A DNA stretch of 63,985 nt, filler included, from Olpidium bornovanus S191 (Eukaryota; Fungi; Olpidiomycota), in NCBI GenBank assembly GCA_017911155.1. It is 29 parts of 29 records of this genome, joined end to end, with 100 filler letters (N's around TTAATTAATTAA, not from the genome) between each part and the next. Parts side by side here need not be neighbours in the genome. Positions count along the whole stretch, not along the records: positions 45,680 to 48,386 come from JAEFCI010003673.1; positions 48,487 to 50,024 come from JAEFCI010012328.1; positions 50,125 to 51,198 come from JAEFCI010001798.1; positions 51,299 to 53,982 come from JAEFCI010001368.1; positions 54,083 to 55,583 come from JAEFCI010012048.1; positions 55,684 to 59,089 come from JAEFCI010004566.1; positions 59,190 to 60,962 come from JAEFCI010002317.1; 22 more parts are not named here. The stretch is one strand, 5' to 3'. This document shows positions 46,584 through 59,191 of the stretch, piece by piece. Under the pieces are notes generated by a model. That model was given only the letters and a program-made list of their open reading frames with translations. It did no database searches and was not told where the DNA came from. Position 1 is the first letter of the stretch. Every line of letters starts with the position of its first letter. Position numbers and translations under genes: made by a program.

Positions 46584-48341
46584 TCAGAGGTTGGGCGGAG
46601 GCGGGACAGCACGATAATCCTTCGGTCCAGGAGACACTGCGGCGGGCTTCGCAGGGGACGCGGCAGGTGAGACGGCGGCAGGCAATGACGCCGCCGGGGT
46701 TGCCGGACTGTCGGCGGCGGCCGGCTGCTGCTGCTGCTGACCATACCCGTAGTACGCGTAGTAGGCGGACCAGTCCTGTTTTTGGGTGCCCGCCCCGCCA
46801 GCCTGCGCCGCAGCGTAGGCTTGTTGCCCATAGTACTGGGCGTACTCTGGATGATTCGGGTACATTTGCGAGTAGTACGTCGTGTACGCCGCGAGGTCCC
46901 ACGTCCCTGAAACCTGTTCCGAGGGCGTAGCTGATGTTGCTGCGGCGCCAGTACCGGTGTTAACGGCAGCCACCGACGTCGGGGGGACTGTGCTTGTCGA
47001 GGTCGCAACGGAAGACGGTGAGAGCTGCTTCACTGTCGCTGCCGGAGACGACAAGGACGAGGACGGCGGTGGAGGGGGGCCAGGCTGGGATGACAGCGGC
47101 GGCGGCGGAGGGGGCTGCGCTGACGGAGGCGGCGGGGGCGGAGGTGGCTGCTGATAGGCCTGGGCCTGCGAGCCGAACCCCGGTGCGGGCGGGGGCGGGG
47201 CCGAGCTCGGAGGCGGCGGTCCCTGCTGGCCGGGATACCCGTATTGCTGTGGACGCCAAACTTCAATGTAAGAAATTCACTCATTTTGGTTCAGAAAGGT
47301 GCACGGGCAGGCTTACCTGGTCGTACCATCCTTGGTGCCCATAGCCGCCTGGGCCCAAATTTGTTCCGTATCCGCGAGGCGGACCCTGGTTTGGGGTTCC
47401 GTACCCGGCGGGGCTTTGGCGCGGCCCAAAGCGATTGGCCTGCTGCTTCTCGAACTCCTCCCGCACAGTCTGGATCAGGCTCTCGCAGAGCTTCCTCGCC
47501 GCTTCGAGACCTTCGTCGTTGTTGTGGCTTTCCATTGGTCGCGTTAGCAAAGAGCAACCTCATTGGGTATGGCGAGGCCAGAGAACGCAGCTTACATAAC
47601 GTGGATGTGCAGGTTTTCCTCAGACTCGCGTCCCGTGGCGGGTTCTATAAATCCCGAACCTCGCCCCTTTATCTGCACACGAGACCCCGTTTCCTGCTGA
47701 ATGTGCTTCACATACGCCCCGCCGGGACCGACCAGCTTAGCCCGAACGTTGAAACAACGATCCACTTCCAGTCCAACAAAGACCTTGGTGTCAATCTGAC
47801 CCGGCCGCAAGCCGCCGGGCCGGAAGTCGCGCGGGCCTCCGCGGTCGAACCGGTCACCACCGCGGTCCGCTCCGCCTCCGGCGCCCCTGTCATTCAGAGG
47901 AGTCATATTCGGATTGTTCGGGCGGCCGTAAAAAGGGGGTGGTGTCGAGCCGTCCTCAGGACCGCCAAGCCCACTGGGCCTCAACGGAGTGCCGGTCCCG
48001 CCAGACTTTGCAATCTCGATCAGCTCGCGAACCCGCGCCTCAGCCTTTTCCAGCGACTCCTTGTCGTTGGCGGCAATATGCAGATAAAGTGGGGGATCCT
48101 TGTCCGTGCTATCAGCACGGTCGGCGTAGTACATACCGCGGGTTGTGATACCTGTTGGAACGTTGCTCAGTGTACGTGTGGAGGTTGTTCTGGGCAAACT
48201 AGGCTGTTGGCACGTACTAGCACCGGTTTCTGCCTGGATCTCCTTTTGAGTCGAACCCTTGGTGAGCATGTATCGGTTTTTCAAATCGTTAATGTCAATG
48301 TCCAACTCAAATTCGGCCGCAGTCAAGTCCTTCCTTCCTTC
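46584..48341 (-). CDS. KHDC4: KH-domain RNA-binding protein KHDC4/BLOM7-like, 5' end missing
   Basis: DIDINDLKNRYMLTKGSTQKEIQAETGA|ITTRGMYY..PPLYLHI (KH1); KVFVG...FNVRAKLVGPGGAYVKHIQQETGSRVQIKGRGSGFIEPATGRESEE.LHIHV (KH2); AARKLCESLIQTVREE; low-complexity Y/Q/A tail ending AVPPPPNL*. Confidence 0.88.
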
Positions 48342-48486
48342 CTGTTAACAGAAACAATCACAAATTACCAATGTATTCAGGCCGTCNNNNNNNNNNNNNN
48401 NNNNNNNNNNNNNNNNNNNNNNNNNNNNNNTTAATTAATTAANNNNNNNNNNNNNNNNNNNNNNNNNNNNNNNNNNNNNNNNNNNN

Positions 48487-49605
48487 AGGGGTTCCTGGAA
48501 GCTTACTTCCTGGAGGCGACCCAATGAGGTCACCGGGGCAGAGCCCTGCAGCTGCAGTTGGAGCAGTTGTTGCCTGAAAAAATCAGGAAGGCAGTGTCCA
48601 CCCATGCCAGAATGGCAGAGGAGTTGGACCCAGGAGACGGCGCGTTCCAGCAGAACATGACAGAAAGTCTTCTCACCTCATTCGGTGGGACGTCGACCGA
48701 AAACCCCGGGGATATGTATCTGCGGATATTGTCCACCAGGAGGTGGCAGATGCACCAGGAGTGTATCGATGAATTTACGCTGGACATGGCGCATATGTAC
48801 CGTCAGTACGGTATGGCCAAGGGCTGGGATGTGGCTGAGGGTCGGCGCAACGAGCCGGTCATGCTCATTCCACAGATTGTGAAGAATTTACTGGCAAAGG
48901 TCCGGAGTGTGTTCCAAAGTCATGTGGAGTACTCCTACGCAGAGATCCTATCCCGGCGTCCAGACTTCGAAATGCCGAGCCAAGACCCCCATCTCCGAGC
49001 ATGAGCAGGCCGCCGGTATCATTGAGATAGGCGACATCCGTGACGCCATGCGTCAATACACAGACGGAGACGAATACGCCAAGTTCGCCCATCAACACGT
49101 GTCACACCAGCCGAATTCGCGCAGAGCGCGACAATTTATGATACAAGACGATCTCCTCTACCACGGAAATCGCCTGTACGTACCCGACTGCGAGCTACGC
49201 CAACAGCTCCTCGCCAGGGCCCACGATATACACCATCCCGGTGCAGCGCGTCTGATCGGCTCCCTCTCCAAAAAGTACTTCTGGCCAAGTCTTGCCAAGG
49301 ACGCCCGCGCCTGGTGCCCATCATGCAATACCTGCCAGAGGTACAAGAAGGGAGGCCGTCAGCCAGGCATGCTACACCTGCTGCCTGTGCCAAAAGCAAG
49401 GTTCACCGACCTTGCCATGGACGCGTTCGAGCCACCGTACCCATCCCACGGATATGACAGCATCCTGCTGATCAAAAACTCACCAAGCTTGTTTGGCGCG
49501 TTCCCGCGCAAAAAGATGATACTGCTCAAGTCGTCACCAGGCGATTCCTTGAAGCCGTCGTACGCTACCAGGGACTCCCCGACTGGATCGTCACGGACCG
49601 CGGCG
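48487..49605 (+). mobile_element. Ty3/Gypsy derivative: gag segment fused to the RNase H end, integrase zinc finger and partial integrase core
   Basis: Gag-like 48540-48940; ILSRRPDF (RH end); DLLYHGNRLYVP, AHDIHHPGA, YFWPSLAKD...CPSCNTCQR (HHCC), GMLHLLPVP.RFTDLAMD; frameshifted RRFLEAVVRYQGLPDWIVTDRG. Confidence 0.9.
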
Positions 49606-49610
49606 CGGTC

Positions 49611-49724
49611 TGTGTTGCGCCCGAAATATTTTTACCGCTCTCAGACTACTACTACTACTACTACCACCCAACGTAGCCCAAACGAAAACACCAAATAAAA
49701 ACGAAAACGACAGGTTATGAGCCC
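49611..49724 (+). mobile_element. Putative ~100-bp Copia LTR (TG...CA) plus PBS, interrupting the Gypsy integrase
   Basis: TGTGTTG...ACACCAAATAAAAACGAAAACGACA|GGTTATGAGCCC (PBS at 49713-49724); integrase homology stops right at the left edge. Confidence 0.6.
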
Positions 49725-50384
49725 AAGGCTCCGCTGACCGCGCAGCCACCTTCCGCCGTCGCCGCCATCGCGCTTCGGCACCGCGCTTCGCAGCCGTCGC
49801 CGCGCCCCGTGCTTCAGCTCTGCCACCGCCGTCGCCGCGCCACGCGCTTCGGCTCCGCCGCGCTTTGCCGTCGCGCGCATCGCCGCGCTTCGCCGTCGCG
49901 CTGTCGGCGCCCAAAATGGCCTCGGCGGACATTGACCCCTGCCTTCGATTATCTTAGCTTCGAACCCCATTTCCCCTCGATTTCCCTTCGATTTCGACTC
50001 CTTTGCATCGTTTCGCTCTTTTGCNNNNNNNNNNNNNNNNNNNNNNNNNNNNNNNNNNNNNNNNNNNNTTAATTAATTAANNNNNNNNNNNNNNNNNNNN
50101 NNNNNNNNNNNNNNNNNNNNNNNNACATGCGTAATTTCTCAACTGTCATCAAATGTTGGCGTCCGTGCGCTCTAATATGTTTGCGACTGCAGCCAAACTG
50201 CGATTCAACCGATGCTCTAGATCTGATGTAATTGCTGCGTACTTGCCGCCTGATCGTACACGGGGTCTCTGTCATCTTCGTCCACGGGTCAAAATAACCA
50301 CTACGAACCAGTTTCCTTGATTGTAATGGTCACAGATTGGTCTTCGTACTTTGTGCGAAGCTTTCCCGGACATCCTGCTCCACC

Positions 50385-50600
50385 ACGTCTGCAAAAGTTA
50401 CGGCCATGCGCAAGGCACAGGAATGCACCGCAGCTCGTCTGAAAGTGTGACGCGTTCCGTGCTGTCCACAAAACGCGCACGCGCGCCCAGCGCGCGTCGA
50501 CGCAGACAAGGTTAGCACACTGCCGTTCTCTTCTTTGCTTCCACCCTTTTTTCCGAAATGGGTTGGCGGCGGCCAGATGCTTTGGCGCGGCCGTACTCTC
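50385..50600 (-). mobile_element. Possible piggyBac-type C-terminal Cys-rich domain remnant
   Basis: KHL...FRKKGWKQRRERQCANLVC...SCGAFLCLAHGRNFC resembles the RR.C..C ... C...LC...RNCF pattern. There is no DDD core on this contig. Confidence 0.3.
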
Positions 50601-51078
50601 ATGTGCACGAGAAGACACGCCCGCACCTCATGGCTACGCCGAGAAAACCGGCTCGCCGATGGGCCACAACCTCGGGAACACCAGGTCCTGCCAGGGATGA
50701 AGCTGGCCTGCTGTCAACTTCACCGCTCCTTGAGAATGCTTCTCGGCGGGTAACCAACTGCACTTTCAGACGCGTTCCGTGCTTTCCACAAAACGCGCAC
50801 GCGCGCCCAGCGCGCGTCGACGCAGACAAGGTTAGCACACTGCCGTTCTCTTCTTTGCTTCCACCCTTTTTTCCGAAATGGGTTGTCGGCGGGCAGATGC
50901 TTTGGCGCGGCCGTACTCTCGTGCGCACGAGCAGACACGCCCGCACCTCGTGGTACGCCGAGAAAACCCGCTCGCCGAGGGGCCACAACCTCGGGAACAC
51001 CAGGCCCTGGCAGGGATGAAGCTGGCCTGCTGTCAACTTCACCGCTCTTTGAGAATGCTTCTCGGCGGGTAACCAACT
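50449..51078. repeat. ~310-bp tandem duplication (period ~320 bp), slightly diverged
   Basis: GACGCGTTCCGTGCT...GGGTAACCAACT at 50449-50759 and 50769-51078, with scattered substitutions and small indels. Confidence 0.93.
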
Positions 51079-52145
51079 CGGCGACAGAGCTTTCCGTAGG
51101 GATTGACAGCTGCAGCCGGGGGGAGGTGGGGGGTGGGGGGGGGGGGGGGGGGGGGGTATTTCGGCGTGGGGCGGGAGACGCTGTTCGCCGCTGTGGATNN
51201 NNNNNNNNNNNNNNNNNNNNNNNNNNNNNNNNNNNNNNNNNNTTAATTAATTAANNNNNNNNNNNNNNNNNNNNNNNNNNNNNNNNNNNNNNNNNNNNAC
51301 ATGTCGTTGTCAAGTAGCTTGTCGGACAGTCCATATTCATTGGATACAGTGGATAGGGTGATTTTAATCTTTTGGGTGGCCTCGACCAATTGAACGATAT
51401 CTCTTTGGGTTGCCGATGGACTATCTTGCATTGACAGATTGCACGGCACAGGCCATCGGTCAGCGTTTTGAAACGCCGCCACTTGACACAATGGTAGAAT
51501 TTGGGTTTGGGGGCCGGAGGGACGAGGCGGGTAGTCGGTGCCCGCCGGCAGGTGGACACATTCTTATATAACCGGCCGACGAAGCTCAAACCTGCCGAGA
51601 TGATGCTGTATGGAATTGCTGAAGAACTTGCGCCAAGAAAAGCATATGAAGGGTCCGCAATAAAACCAAAATACTTATAAAGGGTCTGCAATTAAAAAAC
51701 ATAAACCTCTTTTTTGTAATAACTTCTTTCTTTTGGTCAAATAATGCCGATCCCAACCTGATCAAGACGCAGGGTCTCCACTGTATCTCTAATTTTGGTG
51801 GCTTCTACTTTGCCCGGGTTGGGGGTGTTAGTCCGCCGGATAAGTTTTTTACGTTTTGTCGCCTGGTGGGGTCCCTAGGACCCCAGTAGAAACCCTGCGT
51901 CAGGTACGTGAGGTGCGTTTCTTCCCGCCGACTGTCCGCGTAAAAATCGAACGGAAATCTGGGGAAGGCGATGGTTTGCGGAGGGTTGTGAACCGTATGA
52001 TGCGCTCTAGGGGTCACGTGTTCAGCAAAGATGCCAAGACAGGGAAGAGAACTCCCCTTGGAGCTCTTCCTCCCGCCGTCAAAGCGCAAACAACAGAAAG
52101 GAAAAGGAGAGAGAGACCCCCGTTTTCGTAACACGGAGGGGGGTT

Positions 52146-52189
<44 letters not shown>

Positions 52190-52426
52190 CTTTTCCTTGG
52201 CCCCGTCCAGAGCCAGAAACCCCGACGACCTTCGGGGAGAAAACGTACAGAAAGAAAGAAAGAAAAAAAAACCGTAACAGAAAAAGAAAAAGAAAAAGAG
52301 AAAGAAAAAGAAAAAGAGAAAGAAAGAAAAAAACGAAAAAGAAAAAAAGGCCCCAGAACACCTTTCTTCTCGCTGCTTGATCCCCGTGTGGCGGAACGGC
52401 CCCGACGAAAGAACTTGCGCGCTGCC

Positions 52427-53881
52427 ATGTCCGACGAGATCACGTTCAAGTTCGTGAAGGTGTAGCCCCGGTGATTCCCGCGGCCTCCCCTCCCACACCC
52501 CCCACCCCCCCCCCTGCCCATTTTGTTGTTGGGGCGGAGGGCAGAACGAAGGAAGGGCGGGATAACAATCTGGGACGGTCGTGCGGCTGGGGGCGGGCCC
52601 TGTCGACGGGGGCAAGACTTCAAAGAGCGACCGGAGCGATTTACGAGCAGTTGTCCTAGTTCGCGGGAGGACCAGCAGCCCGCTTTTTAGGACAAGCCGG
52701 GTCAAACCCACAGTTGACCGTCCTTTTTCTTTTTTTCGTGCTCAACCAGCCCCAGCGTGCAGCCACAATCCTTGGCGTGGCTTTCAGTGGCGGCCAGCCT
52801 AAGGCTGGCGTTGAGGAAGGGCCGATCCGCCTCGTTGAGTATGGCCTCATCGACCAGGTCAAGGAGCTGGGGTGGAACGTCGACATGGCCGAGCTCTTCG
52901 ACTACACCACGCTGAAGCCGGCGTCGGACCCGGATCACGGGCAGTGCAAAAATCCCAGATACGTTGGCGCCGTGACTCGGAAGGTTGCCGAGCATGTGGC
53001 GAACATCGTACGGCAGGGGAAGCTGGCAATCACCCTCGGCGGGGACCACAGGTTGGTTGGACAGAACAGAAGTGGGATCGCGCCACGTTCGTCGACGCCA
53101 ATACGAACGATGCGGAGACGGAAAACGGTGCATCTAAAAGCATTTTTTTGTTTTTTTGTCGCGCGAGTGGCCGACGGCGCTAAAATTTTTCCTTTTAAAT
53201 CCGCAACGCACAGCATCGCGTTGGGAACCGTCAACGGAAGCATGTCCGTCCACAAAGACGCCTGCTTGATATGGGTCGATGCGCACGCCGTATGTAGCAA
53301 AAGCGTGTCACGCTTAACAGCGTCAGCGAGTTCTTACAAAAGGGCCATCCGGCCGCGTCCGCCAACGCCCTTTAGGACATCAACACTCCCCAGGGTAGCG
53401 TCAGCGGAAACCTCCACGGTTGCCCGGTGTCCTGGCTGCTCGGCATCGCAGGGGAAGTCCCCGGCTTCGACTGGGTTAAGCCCGTGCTGGCCGCGGACCG
53501 GCTCGTGTACGTCGGGCTGCGGGACGTGGACGAGCCCGAAAAAAAGCTGCTGAAGAAGCACAAAATCAAAGCTTTCTCGATGCACGACGTAGACCGGTGG
53601 GGGATCGGGCGGGTGATGGAGATGGCGCTTGATCACGTCAACCCCAAGAGGGATAGGCCAATTCACCTCAGCTTCGACGTCGACGCCCTCGACCCGTCAG
53701 TCGCTCCTTCCACCGGTACCCCCGTCCGCGGCGGATTAACCTTCCGCGAGGGTCACTACATCTGCGAGGCAATCGCCGAGACCGGTTGCCTTGCCGCCGT
53801 CGACATCGTCGAGGTTAACCCTGCCCTTGGTGACGAGGCTGCACTGTTCCAGACTGTCGCCATCGGGTGCTCGCTGGTCCG
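52427..53881 (+). CDS. CAR1: Arginase, last exon missing; exons 52427-52459, ~52750-53051, 53214-53289, 53376-53881
   Basis: [19 protein letters not shown]|SIALGT, IWVDAHA|DINTP...[55 protein letters not shown]. Confidence 0.97.
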
Positions 53882-54232
53882 GTAAGAACCCGCTGTCTTT
53901 TTTTTTTTTTTTTATGGAATAGCGAGCCCAGAGGGATGCCGTATTCTCACGACGCTGATATTCACCTTCACGCGCACACATGNNNNNNNNNNNNNNNNNN
54001 NNNNNNNNNNNNNNNNNNNNNNNNNNTTAATTAATTAANNNNNNNNNNNNNNNNNNNNNNNNNNNNNNNNNNNNNNNNNNNNAAAAAAAAAAAAAAAATC
54101 CGCCGGAAATCGCACGCAAAACGCCCGCACCGCCCTCTTTTTCCCTTCCCCGCGCCCGACCGACAACGCCCCCCCGCGGCCCTCACGGAGAACAGCCCCG
54201 CGCCTGCTCCGTGCTTCCCTCCCTTCCGCCCG

Positions 54233-55221
54233 ATGGCCGCCCCGTCCGACGCCGGCGGCTGGAAGTTCGCCCAGTGCTTCGGGGACAAGGGCGACGTCGA
54301 CGACATCACCGAAGGTCTGCGTTTTGCCAACATCACCCCAACCACCACACCCCCCCCCAAGCACGGCGGGCACGCACCGGGCCCGCCGCTTGATCTGAGG
54401 AGGAAACCGTCCGTGCCGGGGGGTGAGGGGGGGCCCGGCCGTGCTCGGCCTGCTCCGTCGGGCGTCGACGCTCTCCCGGAGGAGCGTCGGGACCTGCGGC
54501 CGGCGGTGCACGAGCAAAAGAAAATCCCGCGGCCGGCAGCGTTGCTCCGATTCCACTTCCCCTCCCCCGCCCTGTTCGGCAGGACTTTTTTCAGAGCCGT
54601 TCGCGCGCCGGAGGCGGCCGCGGCCCGGAAAGAAAACAAAAAACCTATTTTTTGGAGGGCGGCGGCGGGACCGCGGGTTGCGGGGCCGCGGACCCCTTTT
54701 CTCCGTCCTCGGCCCTTTTCTTCCGGGAGTTGGCGACCGCGGGATCCACGAGATGCGTTTTTTTTTCACCGGTCGCGCAAGACCCGAAAGCCGACCGACC
54801 GTTTCGTCCGCGGTTCCCGCGTCTGTTTTTTGTTTGTTTGTTTGTTCCGCGCCCAGCCGACATCATCTCCACTGTCGAGTTCGATCACACAGGGGACTAC
54901 CTTGCCACCGGCGACAAAGGCGGCCGCGTCGTGCTCTTCGAACGCAACGAGGGGGTACGCAACCGGTCCGTGTGCAGGCTTTCGAGCGGTGAAGGGGGGG
55001 GGGGCCGGCTGCGGTGCGCACTCCCCTGCCCTGACGCCATTCCCCCCGACTGCTGGTGCGAGGCGGGCAGAAAAAGTGCTGCGAGTACAAGTTCCACGCG
55101 GAGTTCCAGTCGCACGAGCCCGAGTTCGACTACCTCAAGAGTCTGGAGATCGAGGAGAAGATCAACAAGATAAAGTGGTGCCGGCGCCAGAACTCGTCCC
55201 ACTTCCTGCTGTCGACAAACG
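54233..55221 (+). CDS. CDC55: PP2A regulatory subunit B55 (Cdc55/Pab1), first three exons 54233-54314, 54857-54954, 55071-55221
   Basis: [18 protein letters not shown]|[32 protein letters not shown]|..[32 protein letters not shown]...HFLLSTN. Confidence 0.97.
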
Positions 55222-56013
55222 GTGCGAAAAGCGGCCCGGGCCCTTTTCCCCCCTCCCCACCCGTCCCCCTGCCCGGTGGCCCGTTTTGCCGCCCGCGCCG
55301 GAGCCCTATTTCGCCGATGTTCTGACCGCGCGCGCCTTCCCGCCGCTGCCGCTCGCCGAATTGCTGCGCGGACGTTTCCCCCCGCCGCGCTGACCGCGCG
55401 CCGCGTGTGCTCGTTCCTTCCCGCCGCTCCGACCCGCGCCGCGCGCCACCGGATTTGCCGGCCTGCCGCGTGAACCCCCCCCCCCCCCCCCCCCCCCGAA
55501 GCAAGAAGAGTAATGGTGGGGAAAATTTTTTGAAAAAGCTCAAACACCCGCGGGGGGGGCACGGAGAGAGGCGGCGTCACCCANNNNNNNNNNNNNNNNN
55601 NNNNNNNNNNNNNNNNNNNNNNNNNNNTTAATTAATTAANNNNNNNNNNNNNNNNNNNNNNNNNNNNNNNNNNNNNNNNNNNNAAATAAAACAATGAAAA
55701 GGGGCGCTTGCTGGCCCGTTCCGCAGTCATCGCGGCCGTCATATCCCTGGAAAAGGAGTCCAAAGGTCTCCGCGCAGTCAGTAAAAAGGTCCAATGGCGC
55801 ATGAGTGGACGTGCTTTAAGTTGCTCCATTTTCCCACGCCATAGCCAATCGATGCTTCCTTCCAGTTGAACAGAATCAATTAATCTCCAGACGCCGCAAA
55901 GCTCGTCTCACGAGACTCTATCTATACGATGCTCGACAGATTTAGCCGAACAGAACGACTAAGTTTCAAGAAACTTTCATGAGCATCTACGGGAAAGCAA
56001 ATCTGGTGTCTGT

Positions 56014-58910
56014 CTATGCCTTAGCCTCAATGGCCTTCTGCTTCTTGACTATCGATTTTCGCATATTTGCGTCCAGGATGGTCTTACGCATGCGGATGGC
56101 CTTCGGCGTGATTTCAATGCACTCGTCGGCTGCAAAGGGACACACGAGCAAGATGTTAAAAACGAGAACGGGCGGAGGCGACCTGTGTGACCGTAATCAC
56201 ATAGCACTTACGTTCCACGTATGCGATGCAGTCTTCCAACATCATCTGCTGCACGGCGTGAAGCCTGATAGGCGTCTCCTTGCAGACGGCACGCACGTTT
56301 GTGACGGCTACGATTCCAGGCAAGCGGGTGACAAAAACCACCGGGTCAACAAGTCCGATCCAACATGGAGAATTCGTGGAAATGATGATGTCAATTAACA
56401 CTTGTTCATCGTCATACGTACGTCTTGTCTTACAGCATGAAACCTCCATGTCGTAAAGGCTTTCCTTATTGTACTCGCCAACCTGTTCAAGAACGCATCA
56501 AACGAAAAACAGGGGGAAAAAGCGGCCGCTTATTCGCTATTGAAACTTCACGGCGGAGCCGCATTCAGTAAATTCATCGACTTACGATCATCCCTGGGTA
56601 CACCTTAGCGCCAGGCGCAACAAACAGTTTGCCCTTCTCCTCGACGCTCTGCAGTGCGTAGGCCGTGGTAGTCCCCCCGTACATGGCGACCATGGCAGGC
56701 CTACGCCCACGGGCGACTCCGAAGCGCATGGCATCGTAGCGGAGGAAAGCGCGGTTGAGAATTCCCTCTCCGCCCGAGATTTGCTTAAATTCGGCCGAGT
56801 ACCCGATCAAACCGCGCGTGGGCACTTCGAAGACCATCGTGGTAATGCCTTCGGCGGTCTCAGACATGTCCTTCATCTCGCCTTTGCGTTGGATCATCGC
56901 CTGGATCACCGTGCCGGCAATGTCTGAATTGCACTCCACTCGCAGCTCCTCTATTGGCTCCTTGCCATCGATCATCAGCACCTTCGGAGGCGAGATCGTC
57001 ATCTCGTAGCCCTCTCGGCGCATCGTCTCGATCAGGATGCCCAGCTGGAGTTCGCCGCGGCCCATTACTTCCAAAAAGTCCGACCGCTCGGCCGACGGAA
57101 CGACTTTAAGAGCCACGTTTGTCTCGGCCTCCTTCATGAGACGCTCACGGATATCATTGGACGAATGTTTGATTCCCTCCGTGCCGGCGAACGGGGACGT
57201 GTTCGGACCAAACACGATTGAAACCGTCGGAGGATCGATAGGGGCGGACGGCAGTGGTTCGTTGACCAAGGGGTCGCAAATGGTATGGTTCACCGTCGAG
57301 TTGGCAAGACCCGCAATGGTAATGATATCGCCAGCGCCGGCAATCTCCGTCGATATGGAGTCAAGGCCAGCTTTCAAAAATATCTTTGTCGCCTTGTTGG
57401 TCTCTACAGGTTTTCCCTCTCGGTCAATCGCTTTGATAGGGTCGCCTGCGCGAACTATCCCAGAGAACACGCGGCCGATGTAGCACTTTCCTGAATGACC
57501 ATCGCCAAGCAACATGTTCAGCAGAGTGAAAACCCAAATCGTAAACGGTCACGTGTGAACGAAAGTCGAAAATACCAAAGTACAAGTTGCTGTCGAGCTG
57601 AGTTACCAGCATCTTGAACTTCTCGTCTCTGCTTCCCACAGGTGGTGGTACGTGCTTCACTATCGCTTCGAATAGCGGTTTCATGTTCGTCCTCTGGCCC
57701 TCTTCCCAGTTGTCTGTCGCCCACCCTTCCCTCGCGGACGCGTAGATGGTGGGGTACTCCAACAGCGACTCATCAGCGCCAAGATCGACAAAAAGATCAA
57801 ACAACTGGGAATCCAGAATGTTCAAGCGGAGATTCGGCCGATCCGCTTTGTTCAGGACGACCACTGGTCGCAGGTTGCGCGCAAGCGCCTTCGATAATAC
57901 ATACTTCGTTTGCGTCATCGGACCGTCAACGGCATCTGCGCAAAGGCCGACAATCGCGCCGTGAGTTTTCGATTTCTAGTGTCAGATGACGCTCAGGTGA
58001 AGGAGATGTAATTCTCACCAACGACCAGAATGACACCGTCGACCATAGCCAGGACCCGCTCCACTTCTCCACCAAAATCCGCGTGGCCCTGCAAAAAACG
58101 CATTGTGGGCTCGGCGTGAGAGACCAGTCAATACACATCGTCGATAGGGTACATTAGACAACTCACGGGAGTATCAACAATATTGAACCGGTAATCATTG
58201 TACATAATGGAAGTGACTTTTGAGAGGATGGTGATTCCCCGCTCCTTTTCCAGAGCGTTATGGTCCATCAACCGTGATACGTCTTTCGTGCAGTCGTCCA
58301 GTTTAGTGCCACTCTGGCGAAGCAAAGCATCCACCAGCGTGGTCTTTCCGTGATCGACGTGAGCTGGAACCGTTTTGTAGTACAGCCGGCAGCAGAGTGA
58401 GCAGCAGCCCCGCGCATAAAAGGGGCGGTACACGGGCGTGGCCGCCGGATCTCCCTGTACACGGCGCCGCGGTCAACAAGAACGCCAACTCGGCGAGGGA
58501 AGAGTCGACGCACCGATAATGGCGATGTTACGAATTTTCTCCATCGGAACCAGCTCGGAGATGTCGGCTTTCGCCGCTCGGAGGACTTGTGACACCGAGT
58601 AAAACCGGCCCGGGCCTGCGGGCGCCGCAGGAATCCCCGCCTGGAGCCGGGAATGCCGAGTGTGCGAAGGGCGAGAGAGCGCGGTCGCGCTACAAGAGCC
58701 CAAGCCAACGGAGCAGGGCGCAGGGCGAAGGAGCCCCGCGGCGACCATGACCGCGGGCCCACTTCGCTGCCGAGTACCGGACAGGCGCGTCGCCGGAGCG
58801 CGCTGGAGAGCCGCCGACGGGGTCCCGACCGCCGGGATTCGCGACGCGGTCGCTGACGCCGCCGCCGTCGCCCTGGACAGTTCCCCCGCCGAAGAAACGA
58901 CACGGCGCAT
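56014..58910 (-). CDS. typA: TypA/BipA ribosome-associated GTPase with N-terminal presequence, complete; exons 58910-58514, 58363-58167, 58088-58019, 57935-57576, 57490-56586, 56482-56422, 56307-56212, 56129-56014
   Basis: G1 IRNIAII|[13 protein letters not shown]2 [12 protein letters not shown]3 DTP|[12 protein letters not shown]4 NKAD; TypA hallmarks [49 protein letters not shown]. Seven GT-AG introns all join in frame. Confidence 0.95.
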
Positions 58911-58958
58911 GGCGGGGTTGCGCGGCTTCCTCCTGTCTGTGGAACCTGTCTACGGCTT

Positions 58959-59001
<43 letters not shown>

Positions 59002-59012
59002 CCCCCCCACCC

Positions 59013-59082
<70 letters not shown>

Positions 59083-59191
59083 TGTTCGCNNNNNNNNNNN
59101 NNNNNNNNNNNNNNNNNNNNNNNNNNNNNNNNNTTAATTAATTAANNNNNNNNNNNNNNNNNNNNNNNNNNNNNNNNNNNNNNNNNNNNGC

